Position numbers and translations under genes: made by a program. The notes beneath the pieces were generated by a model. It was not told where the DNA came from. It was given only the letters and a program-made list of their open reading frames with translations, and did no database searches. A stretch of 60,831 nt of DNA, filler included, from Hausera hauseri (taxonomy: Eukaryota): the NCBI GenBank assembly GCA_046269625.1. It is 10 parts of 10 records of this genome, joined end to end, with 100 filler letters (N's around TTAATTAATTAA, not from the genome) between each part and the next. Parts side by side here need not be neighbours in the genome. Positions count along the whole stretch, not along the records: positions 1 to 12,372 come from JBJURY010036667.1; positions 12,473 to 17,270 come from JBJURY010432583.1; 8 more parts are not named here. One strand, written 5' to 3'. The first letter of the stretch is position 1, and each line of letters opens with the position of its first letter. Positions 1 through 12,636 of this stretch are shown piece by piece.

Positions 1-395
1 TTCTAAGTGCACATTCACATAGAGAATCACATTTGCAATCGAACTGCACTTTTACTTTTTCGAAATCATCAATATTGACATTATCGGAAAACCGTTTTTA
101 TTGATTTTTGCACACTTGCACATGTGCTATGCACCTGCACATAATCAATCAAGGTGCAACTCGATGTGCTCTATCGATTAGCACTTTATCCCGATCGATT
201 CGATCAATACTGCACTGTGCAGCGATCGACTTGTGAAATGTGCAAAAGTGCCCTTAGCAACGGTGCCTAACGGCACCGTTGCCAGGCACTTTATGGATCG
301 ATAGTGGTCCGGGTGCACTATCGATCGGCAAATGTGCAAAATCGATTTATCGATTACCCCCGGGGGGTGGGGCAGAACCGCCATTTTCCCCCTAC
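1..395. mobile_element. End of a putative DNA transposon rich in ATCGAT/TGCAC subterminal motifs and hairpins
   Basis: 317-395 is near-identical to 44164-44242. Both copies stop at ...CCGCCATTTTC(C/G)CCCTAC and have different flanks afterwards. Two hairpins lie at 245-291 and 296-326. Confidence 0.5.
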
Positions 396-3300
396 TTTCG
401 ACTTTATGGAACTTGAAGAGGACAACATTGAACAAATGCATACGGAAAATTTGATCACGATAGTTTTTAACATTTTCAATATGCGTTTACCGACTGCGTT
501 AACACGATTTAGGGCAGATTGTGCCAGATCGGTTCTGCAACCCAGATTCTTGCCGGTGGCAACCCTTTGCGCCAATGACATCAGTGTGGCACACGGTGAA
601 TTGTCACTGACAATACGCAAGATACGAATGGAACTTGGCTCACTCGGTCAATGGTTCCATCAATTCCGTTTTGGCGATGTTGCATGCCAGATATCACTTG
701 GACAATCTACAGTCTTTATGGACACTTCTAGGCTGTACTCGTTGGCAGAACGGGTGCACGATAGGGTAAGAATGGTTGTTGTGTGCAAATTTGTCGGCAA
801 TTGTTATCTTCTCATCTTTTAACGGTAAATTTTTTCCTGACTTTGCCATATATTTTTGACTTTTTATCAAATGAGGGCTACTTGTCATCTGGAATTATTG
901 ATGAAGGATTTCTTTCATTTGTCCCACAGAATTTTCCTGTGTTAAGGACATCTGCTGTATACGTCAAGATTGTAGTTCTTTCGACATTGCCACACCCCCA
1001 TTTGCGTTCCATTATTAGGGACGGCTATAAAAAGGTTTCTATTAATACTGTCCCGTTACTCGCCTTCCCCGTAAAAATGCGATTGCACACTTGGAGCAAA
1101 ATCCGTCTCTGACTGGACCCAGCGGAGGGGGGACCCGGTCACCCGGATTCTCAGGTACATCACTGCGTGATCGACTTCCCGGCCGTCTGTCCTTTGTCAG
1201 TGGGTACTACGCAGCGGTCCGTTACGTCACCACATCACTCACTAGGGCCCGCACCAACACTCATCTTTCTTTTGACTAATTAATTACGAACTATTCGGAC
1301 ACAAAACAACGTATTTTATAGACGCAACCTACTTGCACAATTACGTACTACACGTCGCTAATATCTTTGACCTTTATCTCACTTACAACAACCTACGTGT
1401 AATTAATGTAAATTTTCGCAACCTTTCTGTTCCTTCAACACAATATATATTTATTCACGTACACATTTGTATCCGTGGGACATGGATTGTTTGCCCACCA
1501 TTGACACTACTGATAAAACTAACTCTAAACCAATACCATTCAGTTTTCTCCAAAAATCAACGACCGTCACGACGCCATCTACTTTCACAACTTATACGCC
1601 TACCCCTTCCTGCCAAACACACTTCTTCTCAGTGCACAGAATACTTTATTGACCATGAAAAGTAAGCAAAATATGGCTTAACTTTCACTGACTTTGGCTG
1701 CAGTCTAACAACATCACTGATCCCTCAGCCAAAGCTCATAGCTTACTTTGCCTCTTACCAAACACAGCGAAGACTTCTCTTCATGATATATTAGACATCT
1801 TTCAACAATCCGACCCGTACACCCATCTCTATAATGCAGTTTTAAAACTTATGGAACCGTCTATGGATTCCATAATCCATAGATTTTTCAACGATAACGC
1901 TATGGGTACACAAATACCATCCGATTTCCTCAGAACCTCTCTCGCTCAACTGCAAACACTCGGCGTTACAAAACAAAATAATTCCGATCTCTTACGACGT
2001 GACTTTCTAAACGCATTACCGATATAGATCAGGGCACAGCATATCGTCGTTGAGGAATCGACGGCGCCAGATAAGTTAGCCGAACTTGCAGGCAAAACGT
2101 ACGAGGTCATAAACCTAAACACAAAACCTATCCTTTCTGCAGCGCTTACAGCAAACTACAGCACATTAGAATATCAAATTCTACAGTTGCGGGCCGAAAA
2201 CACAGACCTACATAATACAATAAACAATATCAACGATAGATTAAATGAAATCCCTATGACTGAACGAAAGTTTTCTGCCTACGATCACGCACGCTCTGTA
2301 CCCAGAAGTCGATCACCTTCTCCTACGCGATTGCTGCTCTATTTTTACCATGATAGGTTTGCTTATAAAGCACAAAAATGTCATCTTAGGTGCCGATTTT
2401 ATATACAAAAGTATCAAGTTAACAACGCTATTTGCATTTATAACGCAAAGTTTAAGCATGATGCACATAAGTGTATCCCTTGTTGTATCTTTAGAAGCAA
2501 CACTTAACATACGAACGCGGACGTTCTCTGTTACCTTCTAACAGCCATCCAAGTTCAACACTTCCAAAAATCTAGTTCCGCCGCCAGAGCTTACGGCGAA
2601 TCCTGGCAAAGGCCATTCTCCAGCTTCTACCAGCCGAAAACTTTCTTTCGCCGTATTTACAGTAAAAGCAGTAACTACGTTACCAACAACTCGCCAAATA
2701 AATTTCCTTATCGATTCAGGTGCAGCAATTTCTTTACTGCCGCTCACCTTTCGAACTCAACACACTGCATCCAAAAATAAACCTCTATTTACAGCTTCCG
2801 GACAACCGCTACATGTTTCCGGTACTTGTGGGCTTTCTTTTACCCTTCCACAATTTACTCCTACGTTCCACTGGACGTTTACCATTTCAAACGTCCACAC
2901 AGCCATTTTAGGATCCGACTTTCTTTCGTACTATGATCTCCTTGTCGATTGCAAACAACGTGCCTAGCAAATGGTTGCAATAAGGAGCGAATCAATTATG
3001 CCGATACCATTTCGGCTGTCGTGCGGATAAATGCAACTCAAAAACCGACATTAAAAACCGTTGAACAAACCTTTTATTTACAATCATGATACTTTGTTTT
3101 ATAAGTTATCGAAGAATAATATTACTGACCATTGGATTTTGCACGGAGATGAGCATGATTCCGTTAACACCGCCAAATCATTAGATAAAACTACCACCTA
3201 TAATACCATCTTCAATACTACCATACTGCATCGAATACTACTTCATTTTTTATTACCAAATAATGCCCAAATTGCAACAGTTACTGATAAAACCATCTCG

Positions 3301-3483
3301 CTTCCTCCAAACTTTTCACAATTACCTGCGAGTCTGCAGCAATTCATCAACATATCTTGTTTTAGAATCATTCAAAAAGACAGGTCTTTTACACTAGAAA
3401 ATACCACTTTTCACCACACTGTAACACAACACCAAAGACCTATCCGCCAAAACGTGCGTCCATTATCTCCTCGTCGTAGATAG

Positions 3484-4680
3484 GCCGTTGAAGCCGAATT
3501 TCTGGACCTCAAACGTTCCGACATTGTACGTCGCTCCAAATCCCCATGGTCGTCGCCATTACATGTCGTGCAAAAGAAGGACGAAACTTTTAGACCATGT
3601 GGTAATTATCGTCAGTTGAACACTTTGACAATAATGGATGCATACCCGCTACCACTCATTAAGGATATCTTACACCGTCTTAATAACACTACAATTTATT
3701 CAACCATTGATTTATTGAAAGCCTACCACCAAATTCTGGTGGCATCTGAAGATATCGCAAAAACAGCCGTAACTACTCCTTTCGGCCTTTATGAATATCT
3801 GTACATGCCTTTCGGCCTACGGAATGCTGCGCAGACTTTTCAACGCCACATCGATGCTATCCTTCCTGAATTTCCATATGCTCACCTCTATATCAATGGC
3901 ATATCAATTGTTTACTCTTCGACCCAACTACACAAGGAACACCTTAGATCAATCTTTCAACGTTTACACCAGCATAACCTGTAGATCAATTTCGACAAAT
4001 TTCATTTTTCCAGAAGCGTATAAATTTCCTTGGTCATATTATTTCTTCCGAAGGTCACTCACCTCAGCTTGATCTAGTTGAAGCCCTAAAATGTGCAGCT
4101 ACCTCGAACAACAGCAAAAATGAGGAGATTTTGGGCGCTACACTTCGTTCACAAGTATGTGCCGTACAGCTCTGAACTTACCGCACCATTTGGTCACCTC
4201 AATCGTTGAAAAAAACACCAGCCAATACAATGGACTCCTGAAGTAGTTAACAAATTCGAAAAGCTTAGAGAAGGTTTAAAAACAGTCGATATATTAGCTT
4301 TCCCTACGCATGCTGCACAGCTAATCCTCACTACAGATGCCTCCGCCACCGCCGTAGGAGCTGTACTTCATCAAATTCATAAAGGAGAAAACCAGCCGCT
4401 TCAGTTATTTTCACGCAAACTAACACCACCTGAAACCAGATACTTCACGTTCAACCGAGAACTACTAGCGATAGTTCTCGTCTTAAAACATTTTTCACAT
4501 TTGCTCACTGCTCGACGTTTCACAATACAAACTGATCATAAACCCTTAATAAACATCATGGGAATGAAACATCCTTCTACTCGACAGGAACGGCAGATTT
4601 CGTACTTATCGACATTTAATTTCGAAATAAAACATATAAACGGCGTTAACAACTTAGTTGCCAATTTTTATCTCGGTCAG
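3484..4680 (+). pseudogene. Gypsy reverse transcriptase / RNase H, disrupted
   Basis: ORFs 3568..3984 and 4501..4683 plus the frames between them. YxDD has decayed to YING. Confidence 0.9.
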
Positions 4681-4841
4681 TAAGCTCAATTAACTTTAAG
4701 CCTATTTTCATCAAGTACTAGCTCCAGGGAAACCAACCACTCCAAAACATCCCTAGATCTTTTACTTCCTGCAATATCATTGATGGCGTAGCTTTCGGCA
4801 CGTCCACACTAGGACAACCTAAAATAATCTTAGAGCCTACC

Positions 4842-5810
4842 TTGCAAAAACAGGCATTAAACTGCATACATTCACTATATCACCCTGGTGCTAAGGCCAC
4901 CTTTCGCTTGCTTCACCGACAGGTAATCTGGACGACTATGCATTCTGACGTGCAAGCATGGGTTAAGGAATGTGTGGCCTGCCAGAAATTTAAAACCATC
5001 AAGCATTTGAAGCCACCATTATATCATTTCCCTTGCATATCGCATTTCAAGTCTATCCATATTGATTTTGTTGGCCTTCTCCCTCCTAACAACGGTCATC
5101 GGTTCATTTTGACCATAATGGATCGTTCCTCACGATGGCCAGAAGCCGCCCCTCTGCGAAGCACTAACACGGGCGCAATAGCCGACGTTTTCATTCGCAC
5201 TTTGATCAGCAGGTTTGGATCCACTAGGTTCATTATTACGGACCAAGGTACTCAGTTTGAGACCAACTTTTTTAAATCACTCTTTAACCGATTAGGAATC
5301 AGCCACATACATATAACACCGTATCACTTTCAATCGAATGGTCTTCTAGAGAGATTCCACAGAACACTGAAAGCGTCACTGAGAATCCTCGCTGAATCCA
5401 GTAGCAGTTGGACCGCTCTTCTTCCGTTAGTTCTACTTGGTTGGCGAAACACTCCCTCCACTTCTACAGGTTGTTCACCTACGGAAGCCTTATTCAAAGC
5501 ACCTTTGCGTTCACTATTTGAGCTAACCGCCTTGGAAGATACACCTACAGACGGAGCTATCCGAACAGCACTTTGTCTCAGTCAGTAAAGATTCATTCTG
5601 CAGAATACTACATACCAATAAAACGTACCTACCCGAGGATTTATATTCTGCAAAGTTTGTATGGCTGCGAGACCAGACGCCGTGCGGTTTTCAACCACGG
5701 TATTTGGGACCCTACATACTCGTTAAATTGCATTCTCGCAATGCCATAACTTTTAAAGACGGTAAAGAACTAGAGGTGCATATCAACAACGTCAAGCCTG
5801 CCTTTTTCGT
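4842..5810 (+). pseudogene. Gypsy integrase (HHCC + DDE + GPY region)
   Basis: HSLYHPG...CVAC, HIDFVG, TDQG, ERFHRTLK. A YLGPY motif follows after a frameshift (~5700). Confidence 0.92.
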
Positions 5811-6376
5811 AGATAATACACCCAAACTGAATTTTCTACCTCCTTTCTGACTTCTTCGCCTGTTCTTCTTTCAGTTCCTACACCCCTACACCTTTTTCTA
5901 TTCCTACCCGTACTTCTACTACTTAATCAGAACCTACTCCAAACTGCCCTTCTACTAACCTAACAGCCTTTACTTCCTTTTCTCCTCCAACTCCTCCTTT
6001 GTCCTTGAACGACACAACACCTTACACGACGAAATCCGACATTGTTTTACCTCGATCTCCTCAGCAATCAGATTCAAAAACATTGAAAAATAGCAAATTA
6101 GTTACATTTAGTACCTACAGTATGATGATTAACACTGCAGGGGTACAACGTCCTAATCATACAAAGACCACTTAGGCAGCTTATACAGTTTCTACACATT
6201 TTCTACTTTCTTACCTCTCTAGTCGTTGCTTTGCCATGTGGGGGGGGTGATTTTGCGCACGACACCGTGGTGTAACGGTTATTTTCATTACGCAAAACAT
6301 GTTCCATCAGGACGGACGGCATCGAACAAGAAATTTAAACGTACACTATTTGGTGTTTGTGTGGCTTCAGAAATCT

Positions 6377-6681
6377 GGTTACCAGAAGACCTTCGGTGCG
6401 TCACTCCTGGCAATACCAACCTTGCCACAAGGGGGGGGGGCAATGTGGTGCCCACATTGGCCCACCAAGATAACAATTGTGTATGTGCAATTTTTAATGC
6501 AAAATTTGTTTTTTGTTTAAAATTGGTGAACTTTTAACGTTTTTTATGATTTAATCCGGATCTACTTATTCTGTAATTGGAACTAAAGTACATTAAGTCT
6601 CCATCTTAACTTTACTTTGACTATTTTGAATTGTTGTAGTATTCGTCGAATATTCAAACGCAAACCTACTGTGGCTCTACA
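6377..6681 (+). mobile_element. Second LTR-element remnant: PBS-like TGGTTACCAGAAG, PPT, and an LTR starting TGTGG
   Basis: tggttaccagaag at 6377; purine tract at 6429-6440; TGTGG at 6444; possible end ...CTACA at ~6681. Confidence 0.4.
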
Positions 6682-6949
6682 ATATCAAAAGAGACCAAAT
6701 TTTTTATGTATATTATTGGACCAGTCGACATTAGAACGTGATTGGCGGAGATCAAATTTACATAAAGCTATCACAGTCGAGATTCAAAAGTAGTCGTTCT
6801 TTCATTTTGCAGCAATGGCACATGATCCCGATTCTTTGTTTCGGGATTATGCACAGGATTCGGATAAAGATGAGATTATAAGTAGTACCGAAAGAATAAA
6901 TACGAGTCAACGGTGTATTGGAGTAGATCTTAGTACAATGAAGGAAAAT

Positions 6950-7175
6950 AAAATGCAATCATTTCACAGTGTTATTCAAAAATCCCCGTGATCAGACTAT
7001 TATTGATTATGTTTCACGACAAACATTTCCTCACAACCGAGCCTACTTGACGGATGCGTATCATGATGCTACGACTGAGCCACACGGATACTTCTTCATA
7101 GACTTTACACAACAGTGTCCCGATGACATACGTGTACGAACAGATATTGTCAATCAAAAAGGTGTGTGTCTATAA
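6950..7175 (+). pseudogene. Polinton/adintovirus FtsK-like packaging ATPase, C-terminal fragment
   Basis: LFKNPRDQ...AYHDAT-EPHGYFFID...RVRTDI is the typical C-terminus of the Polinton ATPase. Confidence 0.85.
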
Positions 7176-7377
7176 AAAAATCCAAAAATCGACAACATGA
7201 TTGTGATAAAATGAAGAATTTGCGAGAAACAATTGTTAAACGTAAACCTACCAAGTGGGTATCCGGCAAGAAATGTGTATCAAAACGAACCGCTACAGTG
7301 AAGCGATTAATCAATTCTGTGTTTCAAACAACAAAAGAAGCAGCTAGACGCAAATTACCGTCACAGTGGCAACAGTT

Positions 7378-8964
7378 ATGAACAACTACGTCTCACCAGC
7401 ATCAATACGTCCACAAAAGTGCGATTCTAACGTAGTCAGCCGTACTTTATTGCTTTGCTCAAGGCACCTACGAGACATAAGGGAAACATGTCACGATTAT
7501 TCCTGAAGTTTGTAGTAGACGATTTTATAAAAATTTTGTACAATATTGTTGTGGGTCACGTTGACATTGGTAGTGGAAAGCGGAATTTACCAAAGTATCA
7601 AAAACGACTTATTGGCATTGCCAGCGCTTGTAGTAAACGACTGAAACGAGAGGTCATTGTTGTGTTCAACAAGACCGTGCTCCTTTAACCCATTTTATTG
7701 ATCTGTAAATACACTGTTGTTTTTTATTTGTCTTTGTTTTATTTGTCATTGTAATTGCCTCCGATTTGATGCACTTTTGTCGTTTTTATCTCATTGTGTT
7801 AGAATATAGCAGTGTACCGATGAGGTTGGGATCAACTTCATTTTGTGTCGTTTAATGTCAAAACAATTTCAAAAAACATTTTGTTCAAACATTTTGCCGT
7901 TGTACATGTGACATTCACAGTCGGGAATTTTAGTTGAAATCAAATCCGAACAGACGTTTTCAATTATGTGTCTGCACAGAAACTATCGTAGATTGTCGGA
8001 ATAAATACTGAACAGAAACAGAAACGACAAAGCATTGAATGACAAACGTTTTGAAGCTGGTGTAAATTCGCAAATGTTACCAACAATCGATGCCAATATC
8101 AAAGACAAAGGAATGCAGAATACTTTGAGAAATTTCCCTGATGAGAATAGAAGTGATGTGTAAACTCAAATATGGATACGCTGTAGATCATACAGATCCT
8201 CCAGAATACCAAATTCTCGACAAGCCATGTTTAGCCTCAACCGTCATATCCGGACCACAACAACACAAATCTATAGATCCCTCTTCGAGATTTCACACAA
8301 TAACCCAATTTTACAGAGCAATTCCTTTGTATCCGAACACAACATCAAAATACTGAATACCCTCAATCCAGACGGTACAACACGCCAACCAATATTCTAC
8401 GGCGGTATAGGCAATATTTACCAATCGGCGAAGACGAAGGTCAAATAAATCTGTACAGTAAACTATCCGACACGAAAAAATAAGCAAATATAATCTGAAC
8501 GAGTCGAACGTTAATCCTGCCCTATCAAAGTTTGATAATAATAATAAATCAAATACTTTGTCAAATTTAATGACAGATAACGGAGAAAAAGACTTATCGA
8601 AATATTCTACATTTCAATATAATGAGGCTCGTTTTGTGTAAACAATTTTCCTTTTGTTATACATTTACTAATCTGCATTTCATATGTTTTAATTGTCGTT
8701 CTCTATATTATTTCTAATAAACTATTTTGTGATGCTCAAATAATAAATATTGATTTTTGTAGATATTCAATAAATAAAAGTTTATACTTATTATCATTAC
8801 TGATAATTTTGTGTTTTAATAATGGTAGTACGTAAAATCCCGGAAATGACCATAAAACAACAGTCATGCACCAGCAAGACGGAGGATTCCTTGGTGCAAT
8901 TCTACTACTTGTCACGTCATTATTAGGCGGACTCATTGGTGGAACAGTTTTGTATAAACAATGA
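7378..8964 (+). pseudogene. Polinton conserved small gene with a Q-x-GGFL hydrophobic tail (PZ/'gasderminX'-type), split by a 1.2-kb insertion
   Basis: ILYNIVVGHVDI...KRLKREV at 7455-7657 rejoins MHQQDGGFLGAILLLVTSLLGGLIG in frame at 8868-8964 once the insert and one TSD copy are removed. Confidence 0.75.
7658..8862. mobile_element. Solo LTR or internally deleted LTR element, 1205 bp, with 5-bp TSD GTCAT
   Basis: Termini TGTTGTGTT...AAAACAACA; GTCAT at 7653-7657 and 8863-8867. Confidence 0.85.
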
Positions 8965-10062
8965 CGGTAAGTAAATGGTAATTTCCGATATGGGTGCATG
9001 GCTTTCATCTTTCTGTCCCAGTTTACCGAATCTTTCATTTACGTTTCGTTCTACTTGTTGTAATGCCAGCAAAACCGACACCATCCACGGCAACACTGAC
9101 GATGGGCGACGTGTGGTTCAACCCACGTCATCCCGTCGGCTATACTGGAGTCGAAAAACTGGCAGACTGTCAAACAGACTCGGCAACAGACCCAACGTTG
9201 GCTCGGGAAACAGTTAGCATACAGCCTTAACAAACCGATAATAAGGCGGTTTCCAACTCGTGCATACCGTGCTGCCGGGGTGAATAATGTGTGGCAAATG
9301 GATCTGATGGAAATGATTCCGTACGCTGCATCAATGATGGTTATCGGTACGTGCTGACATGTATTCATGTGTTTAGTCGTTTTGCACGTGCAATTGCTGT
9401 GAAATCTACATCCGGTAAAGAGATTGCCGACGCTGTACAGACGCTAATATAACAACAACAACAACAACCGAAGCACTTACAAACGGATTTTGGTAAGGAA
9501 TTCTATAACGCCCATGTTGCAGCAGTCTTGAAACGGTTCGGCGTAAACCACTACTCGGTGTTTTCCCAATACAAGGCTGCACTCATTGAACGATTTAATC
9601 GAACATTGAGCGGTCGTCTAAACAAATTCTTTACGAAGCAAGGCAATAAACGCTGGATAGATGTACTGCCGGATATTATTCATGCATAAAATCATTCGAC
9701 ACATCGTGGTATCAATGGATTACGACCAATTGACGTACTAGATGATTTGAACATACAGCTTTATCAAAACAACAACAACAACCGACAACAAGGACAACAG
9801 GTAATTAAACGTCACCCAAAATATAAAATCGGTGCTTACGTACGTATTTCGAAAATAAGTACGATGCCATTCATTAAGAATTTCAATCAGAACTGCAACG
9901 ACGATGTTTTCCGCATTTTGGCAATCAACACAAAACAAATACCGGTCATGTAAGTTTTAGATGATGAAAACGGTGAGGAAATACGCAATAAAATCTTCTA
10001 ACAGGAACTGCAGGTACAGCCCGAGAAACCCTATGTATATCGTACTCAGGAAATTCTACGTT

Positions 10063-10314
10063 ATAATATAAAGTGATAAATCTTTTTGAGGACAATAATG
10101 TTGCAAATTTTTCAAAGCTTATATTTCGATCTTATTAAGATCTTCCTCAGAGCACTGACGAAGATCTGATTAGTGCTCTAATTAGTACTCTGACGAAGAT
10201 CTTAATAAGATCGCAAAATCATCTTCGAAAAATTTGCAACATTATTGTCCTCAAAAAAATTTATCACTTTACGTTATATCATTAAATGTTGCTCCACAAG
10301 AATTTTCGCATTCT
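10063..10314. mobile_element. Palindromic insertion resembling an inverted Penelope-like pseudo-LTR pair
   Basis: ~90-bp inverted arms (~10068-10156 and ~10184-10271), flanked by GAAATTCTAC(G/A)TT duplicated at 10050-10062 and 10315-10327. Confidence 0.7.
10117..10153 (-). ncRNA. Minimal type I hammerhead ribozyme-like motif
   Basis: The minus strand reads GCU CUGAGGA A GAUCUU-AAU-AAGAUC GAAA UAUA AGC, i.e. the CUGANGA/stem II/GAAA core. A mutated copy lies on + at 10190-10216. Confidence 0.55.
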
Positions 10315-10413
10315 GAAATTCTACATTCGCGTAGCAAATGGTTCGAATAAACAATATCTCGTCAAGTGGCACGGATACACTGCACCGAGTTGGATTTTTG
10401 CATCACAGATTTA

Positions 10414-11472
10414 ATGAGCAGCCTTTACTTGGTACTTGATAGTAACAGATCATTATCACAACACGACGACAATGACAATACCGTTAAACAGTTTACCATG
10501 CACTTGAATCAACCGGTCGATTTACGCCAGGGAGCCTGGGAAGTGGCTTTGACGAAATTCGCATTTACATTTCCACCAAGGACAATACGTACGAACAGTG
10601 GTATTTATTTTACCCGACAAGAAACGTACCCTATTTCAAGTGGTTTACGGACAATCCGAAACAATAACCGATATACTCTTCGCAATTATTCGCGACATTT
10701 CTCGGTTTATGCTTATTTTTTAAACTACCGTATGAAACTAATGCATCAAAATCCCATTAAAATGCAGTTTAAATCTATAGCTGATGCTCAGGCATGAGGT
10801 TTTCAATCAATCAATGTACACTCAAAACGTCTACGGCTAGGTGAACAAGTTCTAATTGGTGAAAAATTAGACCTTTCATCCAATGCGGAATCCTATATTA
10901 TAGTAAAGTGGACTAGGTCAGGATCAGTCTTCCGCTCATACATTATACCACATGATTTATTAATGGAAACAAAACTGAAATTGTGTGAGTACGTCAAGGA
11001 AACGAATACATTAGCCGTAAAGACATGTAAAATAAACACAGATGATCATATTTCGCTTACACTACATGACAATGTTACGTATTTTGCCTTTGATAAATTA
11101 TTGGCTAGGAATCTTGGTTTTTCAAAACACGAATTCTATCAAAACATTGTTTGACGATCTATTGTTGCCAAATATAAACCACAACTCTATGGTACATTTC
11201 ATAGAATCAACATTTTAACGGACTTAACCGAATCCGTACTCGTTGGTGGAGAACGTAAACAACTACTAGCTTCTATCGAACTGGATTCTGACACGTACAA
11301 AACATCGGGTGAAATTGTTCGCGTTAATATGCTCAGACCCATGTACTTATCATTGTCTCGCAATATTGCGCACAGTATTTCCGTGTATATGCTTGATGAA
11401 TTTTGGGAACCCATTAAATTTCTGTTTGGGTCAACGACACATTTCACGTTACATTTTCGACGTCATCGATAA
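10414..11472 (+). pseudogene. Polinton minor capsid (penton-like) protein, copy 1
   Basis: N-terminus LYLVLDSN...NT..QF..HLNQPVDL..GAWEVALT; C-terminus TDLTESVLVGG...PMYLSL...FTLHFRR. Confidence 0.8.
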
Positions 11473-11511
11473 TAAAAAAACTGCATAATTATCATTGACA
11501 TCATTGCGAAT

Positions 11512-12372
11512 ATGAGTATTTACATGGTGTTGACGAGCAACAGTTGTCCGACGACTCGTCCGAACAATTCAGCCAATGAGTACGTTGTAGATTGGAACAA
11601 TCCTTTGATTTATCTGCTGGACAATGGGAGGTTGCACTGACGGAATTTAACTATCTTTACGCACCGGTAGCATTGAAAGGTAGTACGAAAATAACGTACT
11701 ACAAGACTGCCATTGAAACCAAAACACATTCTTGTCCTCTGACACTTACTGACAATAAAATAACAGTTGCAGAATTGGCCATTTGAACGACCGGTACAAA
11801 TTACAGTTTATATGGCAAGATTGGTGTTTCTATTTTAGGGGGAAACTTACATTTTATGGCAGATTTTGAATTTACTGCCACCTGTGAGTTTCTTAATATG
11901 GGACAGACATTTTGATTCAAAAATATACAGTACAAAGGTAAAAATATTAAAATTGATTATGCGGTTGCTCCAAGATTAAGTCCCGTATATTACCAGACAA
12001 CGTTTAAATTTACCTATACAGCCCAAAGGTGTCAACACCACACTAATCGATTAATAATGATGTCTATTGCGAATATGTAGAGCATTTCTGTCAACACTTT
12101 TCTTCAAATAAAAAGTACAAGGCGATATTTAAATTTTTCAAGTCAGATGTAAATGTATACACTAAATTTGAACTGGATAAGGATATTGTCGACATTTCAT
12201 TAGACAAAGCTTTGGTCATGGTATTGGTTTTGAAAAACATCCGTTTGAGGCATCGAATACGAAGACGGCAGCGGCACATGTTGCAACATTCAAACCCAAA
12301 CTGAAAACTGGACTAAGTTAAATGTACATTTACGTGAACGTCACCGAACCGATTTTGGTGGGTGGAGTACGT
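11512..12372 (+). pseudogene. Polinton minor capsid (penton-like) protein, copy 2, cut by the contig end
   Basis: MSIYMVLTSNSC...NNSANEY...GQWEVALTEF...YVNVTEPILVGGV. Confidence 0.8.
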
Positions 12373-12472
12373 NNNNNNNNNNNNNNNNNNNNNNNNNNNN
12401 NNNNNNNNNNNNNNNNTTAATTAATTAANNNNNNNNNNNNNNNNNNNNNNNNNNNNNNNNNNNNNNNNNNNN
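12373..12472. other. Artificial contig linker (others at 17271-17370, 22617-22716, 27820-27919, 33232-33331, 38513-38612, 44064-44163, 50292-50391, 55148-55247)
   Basis: An identical N44-TTAATTAATTAA-N44 six-frame-stop spacer occurs nine times. Confidence 0.99.
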
Positions 12473-12624
12473 CGATGGTAGGGGGTTCGAGACCACGTAG
12501 GATCCCACTCACGATGGACTGGCCATCTGTTGTGAGTTTTAGTGGGCCCCTTGAAACGTTGGCGGCTCTGCCAACGCCCCTACGCACCGCAAGGTGTATG
12601 GGACAATTTATTTTTTTTTACTTT
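12473..12624 (+). mobile_element. 3' part of a tRNA-derived SINE whose 5' part is at 17159-17270
   Basis: B box GGTTCGAGACC and a T-rich tail. TSD ACCGCTCACACA at 17147-17158 and 12625-12636. Confidence 0.7.
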
Positions 12625-12636
12625 ACCGCTCACACA

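Larger units (their letters stand above)
1100..6250 (+). mobile_element. Degenerate Ty3/Gypsy LTR retrotransposon (gag-PR-RT-RH-IN)
   Basis: Gag motif YHDRFAYKAQKC (~2345); protease FLIDSGAAI (~2703); RT SPWSSPLHVVQKKD, IDLLKAYHQI, MPFGLRNAAQTFQR; RNase H TTDASATAVGAVL, TDHKPL; integrase ITDQGTQFE, SNGLLERFHRTLK; G-rich PPT ~6240-6247. Many stops and frameshifts. Confidence 0.95.
9063..10413 (+). pseudogene. Polinton rve integrase with C-terminal chromodomain
   Basis: WFNPRHPVGY, WQMDLMEM, LQTDFGKEFYN, IERFNRTL, and YLVKWHGY (~10355). Frameshifted, with an insertion at ~10063-10314. Confidence 0.9.

Noticed and set aside
304-1112. ORFs 304..822, 783..1112 and the minus-strand SPHLIKS as a P-element transposase
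   Set aside because: There is only one weak motif and no supporting catalytic motifs.
12373-12472. Recurring TTAATTAATTAA within N runs as a biological repeat
   Set aside because: It is a synthetic scaffolding linker, so ORFs running into X residues are artefacts.
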